NCBI GenBank assembly: GCA_043800965.1
Contig: JAZDMM010000109.1
Coordinates: 1-27,882, forward strand
DNA length: 27,882 bases
DNA from: Candidatus Micrarchaeota archaeon
Lineage (GTDB): Archaea; Micrarchaeota; Micrarchaeia; Norongarragalinales; Norongarragalinaceae
Direction: 5' to 3'
Under the pieces are notes generated by a model, which was given only the letters and a program-made list of their open reading frames with translations, was not told the DNA's origin and searched no databases. Shown here piece by piece: positions 24,370-27,882 of this stretch (position 1 is its first letter; every line of letters begins with the position of its first letter). Made by a program: the position numbers and the translations under genes.

Positions 24370-24942
24370 ATGGCTCAGAGAGAAGAAAGGGAGTTGAAAC
24401 CTACTCCAGCGGAAAAGGAACGGATTAAGCGAGGCCGGCAACAGGCGGTTAAAAAGAACATCGCCAAACTGCTTTTAGCTACTCATCTAGCTGCTTTTAC
24501 GGCAGGCGCTTTTGCGACTGAAAAGCTTCTGGTTCCTTTTCAGAAAAAACAAGCTGCTAACGCCGAGTATTACCGCCAAGTACAGCGCTTGAGTTTTGCC
24601 GACGAATGGGGCCGCGTTAGCCCGTTGTTCGCTTCACGGCCTTCTCCTACTGTTTTACGCGGAGTAGAATCATTGGGGCTGCCTATTCACGATGTAATAA
24701 ACACGTTGAACATTTACATGCGCAACAACAAGCTAAACCAGCGAGAGATTACTCGCCTAGAAGGCCAGAGGCAGAACGAACCCGAACGCGTAGGCAACAT
24801 CATAAAAATATTGACTTTCGGGCTCCAAAATCCTGAGGCGGCTGAAGCCTTGCGTTTGCACGGCGCTAATTTCTACGTTCATTCCGCTTTATTCGACATG
24901 CCCGCGGATTTCTACGAGTTTAAAGAAGCTCTGAAGAAGTGA
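24370..24942 (+). CDS. Hypothetical protein with one predicted TM segment
   Basis: 190-aa ORF with a hydrophobic stretch LLLATHLAAFTAGAFA; promoter-like AAAGCTTTAACT at 24334-24345. Confidence 0.65.
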   Translation: MAQREERELKPTPAEKERIKRGRQQAVKKNIAKLLLATHLAAFTAGAFATEKLLVPFQKKQAANAEYYRQVQRLSFADEWGRVSPLFASRPSPTVLRGVESLGLPIHDVINTLNIYMRNNKLNQREITRLEGQRQNEPERVGNIIKILTFGLQNPEAAEALRLHGANFYVHSALFDMPADFYEFKEALKK

Positions 24943-25358
24943 CTGCGTTAATGCCCGAGGAACAAAAACAACTAGCCAAGCCCAAGCAGCTTCAGGAAGA
25001 GGAAGCGCGTTTAAGGCACAATCTGCGCAACCGAGTTTTCCTGGCAATGGGCGTAGTTGTTATAATGTGGCTGCTTGGTTCGTTGCTGTTTCACAACATC
25101 GAGGACTGGAGCTTTACTGACTCGATGTACTTTTCCGCATCCACTCTGACAACGGTAGGCTACGGGGATCTTGTTCCGCGGACTCAACTCGGGAAACTCG
25201 TTTCAATCCCGTTCATGTTCTTCGGAGTAGGCGTCATTTTATACAGCATTTCGATAGTCGGTGCGTATTACGCCGAAAGGCAGTTTGAAGCCTTGACTTC
25301 TTACGGTTTCCACCGACTCCGCCGCCTCCCTAAATTCGCTCGAAGAAAGCGCGAGTAA
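24939..25358 (+). CDS. Two-TM potassium channel (KcsA-like, Ion_trans_2)
   Basis: Selectivity filter STLTTVGYGD between two TM helices; no RCK domain. Confidence 0.92.
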   Translation: MTALMPEEQKQLAKPKQLQEEEARLRHNLRNRVFLAMGVVVIMWLLGSLLFHNIEDWSFTDSMYFSASTLTTVGYGDLVPRTQLGKLVSIPFMFFGVGVILYSISIVGAYYAERQFEALTSYGFHRLRRLPKFARRKRE

Positions 25359-25370
25359 AAGCTTTAACTA
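25358..25370 (+). promoter_or_regulatory. BRE/TATA promoter of tRNA-Gly
   Basis: AAAGCTTTAACTA about 30 nt upstream of the tRNA; the same 12-mer occurs at 24334-24345. Confidence 0.55.
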
Positions 25371-25399
25371 CGTTTTCCGCCACTATTCTTTATTCAATT

Positions 25400-25642
25400 G
25401 CGCCGATGGTCTAATGGTATGATCCAAGCCCTCCATTGCCCACCCCTTTCTTTTTAGAAAAAAGAAAGGTCTGGGCGAGCGCCAAAGAAAAACGAACGAT
25501 GGCGGCCGCCAAAAAGAAAACCCGTTACGCTTCAAACGCGGAAGGGGTCGGAGGACTAAGCTCCGGGGAAACCAACGCTTTGGTTGCCCCTTCGGCTTAG
25601 AGAGGCAAGCTTGAGGCCCGGGTTCGATTCCCGGTCGGCGCA
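25400..25642 (+). tRNA. tRNA-Gly(TCC) with a 172-nt intron at 37/38 (25436-25607)
   Basis: Acceptor GCGCCGA/TCGGCGC with A73, anticodon stem CAAGC/GCTTG, T arm CCGGG-TTCGATT-CCCGG. Splice motif: CCTC/GAGG central helix with a CA|A bulge. Confidence 0.85.
25438..25492 (+). repeat. tRNA-associated palindromic element, copy C (in tRNA-Gly intron)
   Basis: GCCCA-CC-CCTTTCTTTTT-AGA-AAAAAGAAAGG-TC-TGGGC then CGCCAAAGAAAAA. Confidence 0.78.
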
Positions 25643-25712
25643 CTCTGTTTGTTCACTGGAAACTAGGTTTCAGCTGGCTTATAACGCAAAAAAACCAGGT
25701 AAGCTAAGCCCA

Positions 25713-25746
25713 AAACGTTATATATAACCGATTATATATTGGTTAT
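25713..25746 (+). promoter_or_regulatory. TATA box and putative operator of the mazEF-like pair
   Basis: AAAACG-TTATATAT followed by the inverted repeat ATAACC-N11-GGTTAT (25724-25746). Confidence 0.5.
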
Positions 25747-25755
25747 TGGTGAGTT

Positions 25756-25986
25756 ATGGTGAGTGACGTGACTACGGTTCAGTTGAACAAGTCGGTTTTG
25801 GGTTCTCTCAAGCAAGTCAAGGAATACCCGCGGCAGACTTACAACGAATTGATTTCGCGCATGATAGTTGTTTTCAAGGGAGCGAAGCAGAGCAACCAGT
25901 ACGACGAGTTCTTGCATAAGATTCAGCAAGAGAAAATGACCGAATTGTGGGATAATAAGGCAGACGAGGCTTGGGAGAATGCTTAA
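25756..25986 (+). CDS. Putative antitoxin (RHH-like N-terminus, acidic tail)
   Basis: TTVQL...L..LK....QTYNELI.R RHH-like pattern, acidic tail WDNKADEAWE; overlaps the downstream PemK/MazF gene by 8 nt. Confidence 0.75.
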   Translation: MVSDVTTVQLNKSVLGSLKQVKEYPRQTYNELISRMIVVFKGAKQSNQYDEFLHKIQQEKMTELWDNKADEAWENA

Positions 25987-26293
25987 GTCCGGAGACGTTG
26001 TTTTGGCTAAAATTCAATTTACCGACACTTTCGAGGTTAAGACCCGCCCTGCATTGGTGTTGTTTGAAGAAATGGGTAATGTAGTGATAGCCGGTATAAC
26101 CAGTAATCTGCAAATGAAGGGAATCCCGCTTTCTAAACGAGAGGGCGCGGTAAAAGAGAGTGTCATAAAATTAAACTACGTTTTTACTGTTTCGAGCGCA
26201 ATGGTTTCTAGAGTGCTTTTTCACTTGAATAAGGAAAAGAAAGAGCTGGTGTTTAAGGAGCTTAGCAAGCGCTTGAACGCTTTAAATCATTAG
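25979..26293 (+). CDS. PemK/MazF-family toxin (mRNA interferase)
   Basis: GDVVLA.I.FTD..E.K.RPALVL, IAGITSN motifs. Confidence 0.88.
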   Translation: MLKSGDVVLAKIQFTDTFEVKTRPALVLFEEMGNVVIAGITSNLQMKGIPLSKREGAVKESVIKLNYVFTVSSAMVSRVLFHLNKEKKELVFKELSKRLNALNH

Positions 26294-26302
26294 TCGATTC
26301 AC

Positions 26303-26944
26303 ATGGTAACCAAAGCAATTGCATTCGATATAGACGGAACCATACTGGATTCCTTGACTGCGGTTGAACGCGCGTTCTCGCACGCCATGAGCGTTTACGG
26401 CTTTAACCCGCAACTACCGCCTGAAGCAAAGGAATTGCACGGCTCGCGCGCAATCAAATGGCTTAAAGCCCTAGTGCCCAAAGAGAAACAAACTCCGGAA
26501 TTACTGGAGGAAATGCTTAGTTACTTTCGCTCGCGTTACTACGGTTTTTACTTGCCTTCGCTTGGCCGCACGCGCTTGGACTTGTCCGGCGTCTTGCCTC
26601 GCTTGGCTGAGAAATACAAGCTCGGAATCTGCACGAACAACGACGCAGAGCACATATACGGCATTCTCGAGGAATTCAATTTAAAGCCGTTTTTCAGCGC
26701 TTGGGTCGGCGTAGGCGACGCGCCTCACGCCAAGCCTGCGCCGGATTTAATGCTTGAACTACTCGATCGCTTGAAGGTGGATAAGAGCGAACTCGTTTTC
26801 GTGGGTGATACCGCCGCAGACCAGGGTTGCGCGTCGGCAGCGGGCGTGCGCTTTTTCTTCATCAAGCACGCGAATAACGAGGGCTTGCAAGGCGAGAAAG
26901 TCGATTCCTTCGCTGAACTCGAGCAAATACTCGCAACTCTTTAG
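26303..26944 (+). CDS. HAD-superfamily hydrolase (Gph/phosphoglycolate-phosphatase-like)
   Basis: Motif I FDIDGTILDS, motif II CTNN, KPAPD, motif IV VGDT..D...A..AG. Confidence 0.92.
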   Translation: MVTKAIAFDIDGTILDSLTAVERAFSHAMSVYGFNPQLPPEAKELHGSRAIKWLKALVPKEKQTPELLEEMLSYFRSRYYGFYLPSLGRTRLDLSGVLPRLAEKYKLGICTNNDAEHIYGILEEFNLKPFFSAWVGVGDAPHAKPAPDLMLELLDRLKVDKSELVFVGDTAADQGCASAAGVRFFFIKHANNEGLQGEKVDSFAELEQILATL

Positions 26945-27079
26945 CTTACTCCCGCCCGCGCCGCCCCCAACCTGCCGCCTTTTGAAACGCCGCAAGTCAA
27001 CGTTTCTGTCCTTTGCCGTTACTCTCGTCTAACTCCGCGCCAGAATAACGTTTTTATTAAGCGGTCAAGTAACGAATTC

Positions 27080-27882
27080 ATGTTAGCGCGTCGCTTGGTT
27101 TTACTACTCGGTTTGCTCGTTCTCTTCTCCGGATTCGCTTCCGCTGACTATGGCCCGGCGGTATGCAATGCTGGCAATACTATTTACTATCACGGGGATT
27201 GTCCTGGTCCGCTGAATAATCTTCATGACATTTGCATTAAGCTTGACGGGCCTCTGGTTCATACTAGCGCTACTGCTTCCTGTTTTTCTACTGAAAATTC
27301 GTATAACCTTCTCCTTGACTGCCAGAACAGTGCGAATATAATAAATGGCATTTCCGCGGATTATAACGAAGCGCAATGGGTTAACAGTTTTAGCTTCAAT
27401 AATTCCCATCACATAACCCTGAAGAACTGCGTTTTTGACGGCGGTAAAAATTTTTTCGATCAGTTTGAGACCAAAATTACCACTCAGGTAAACTACGTGT
27501 GGGTCGTCAACGTGGAGAATTCGCATCATATTGAAATCAAAGACAACACAATCCAAAATTTCGTGTTGCACCCGCGAACACAGCCTAATGATGTCATTCA
27601 TCAGATGACGGCTGGAATTAGGGTCTTAAACAGCAAGCAGGTCTTGGTTCAGCACAATACTTTGCAGGGCTTAAAAACCGGTGCCAAACTATCGGGAATA
27701 GAAGTTCTAACCAGTTCGAGTTACTATTCTGAAGACGTTAACGTTATCGATAACACCCTCAGACAGATGTTCGCGGTTACCCGTGTTTGGGGGATATACG
27801 TAACTACCAGCCAGAGTAATCAATACAATCATAACGTCGATATTCTAAAAAATAAAATCTATACTTTCCGGATGCAAGGGAG
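27080..27882 (+). CDS. Secreted/surface right-handed beta-helix (PbH1/NosD-like) protein, truncated by window end (not in ORF track)
   Basis: Open frame from ATG 27080 to the end: signal peptide MLARRLVLLLGLLVLFSGFASA, then repeated I.N..I motifs (ITLKNCVF, IEIKDNTI, VLVQHNTL, VNVIDNTL, VDILKNKI). TATA-like TTTTTATTAA at 27051-27060. Confidence 0.82.
   Translation, partial: MLARRLVLLLGLLVLFSGFASADYGPAVCNAGNTIYYHGDCPGPLNNLHDICIKLDGPLVHTSATASCFSTENSYNLLLDCQNSANIINGISADYNEAQWVNSFSFNNSHHITLKNCVFDGGKNFFDQFETKITTQVNYVWVVNVENSHHIEIKDNTIQNFVLHPRTQPNDVIHQMTAGIRVLNSKQVLVQHNTLQGLKTGAKLSGIEVLTSSSYYSEDVNVIDNTLRQMFAVTRVWGIYVTTSQSNQYNHNVDILKNKIYTFRMQG

Noticed and set aside
25400-25642. Alternative reading as tRNA-Trp(CCA) with a C/D-box intron, or as Gly(GCC) through two introns
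   Set aside because: The acceptor stem is Gly-type and no RTGATGA or CTGA boxes are present. Neither alternative gives consistent BHB geometry, whereas 37/38 splicing does.
25383-25643. Minus-strand ORF over tRNA-Gly
   Set aside because: Antisense to a tRNA gene; no coding signature.
26945-27000. C-rich stretch after the HAD gene
   Set aside because: No clear repeat or stable hairpin; treated as ordinary intergenic DNA.
25643-27079. att-like duplication of the tRNA-Gly 3' end bounding the mazEF-like module
   Set aside because: No repeat of GTCGGCGCA was found downstream within the window.
27104-27601. 165-aa minus-strand ORF in the track
   Set aside because: Shadow of the + strand signal-peptide/beta-helix gene, which has a promoter and recognisable repeats.
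1-27882. CRISPR array, rRNA genes, transposase or integrase
   Set aside because: No regularly spaced repeats, rRNA signatures or recombinase motifs were seen.

Overview
Archaeal chromosome segment of about 50% GC. A DPANN lineage, possibly Micrarchaeota-like, is inferred from gene order and divergent r-proteins; this is not verified. The core (3118-24083) is the S10-spc-alpha ribosomal superoperon with RNA polymerase subunits, aIF1/SUI1, Rpp29, secY, an EMC3/DUF106 insertase, cmk and cbf5. It begins unusually with rpoP, and lacks adk and rpoK at their usual positions. Six tRNA genes are present: Thr-GGT, Leu-TAA, Ser-GGA, Leu-GAG, Pro-GGG and Gly-TCC. tRNA-Ser has two introns, one of them a 127-nt T-loop intron. 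tRNA-Gly has a 172-nt intron. The most striking signal is a dispersed palindromic mini-element with consensus CC(Y)TTT(T)CTTTT-loop-AAAAGAAA(A)GG...CCAAA(A)GAAA. It occurs four times, always linked to tRNA sequence: inside both long introns, directly after tRNA-Pro, and directly after a duplicated tRNA-Leu 3' end. Two toxin-antitoxin-like pairs follow tRNA genes. The first sits in a roughly 0.8-kb islet bounded by an 11-bp att-like repeat. The ORF track misses rpl40e, rpoP, rps14, rpl14e and a truncated secreted beta-helix protein at the right edge; these were translated by hand.
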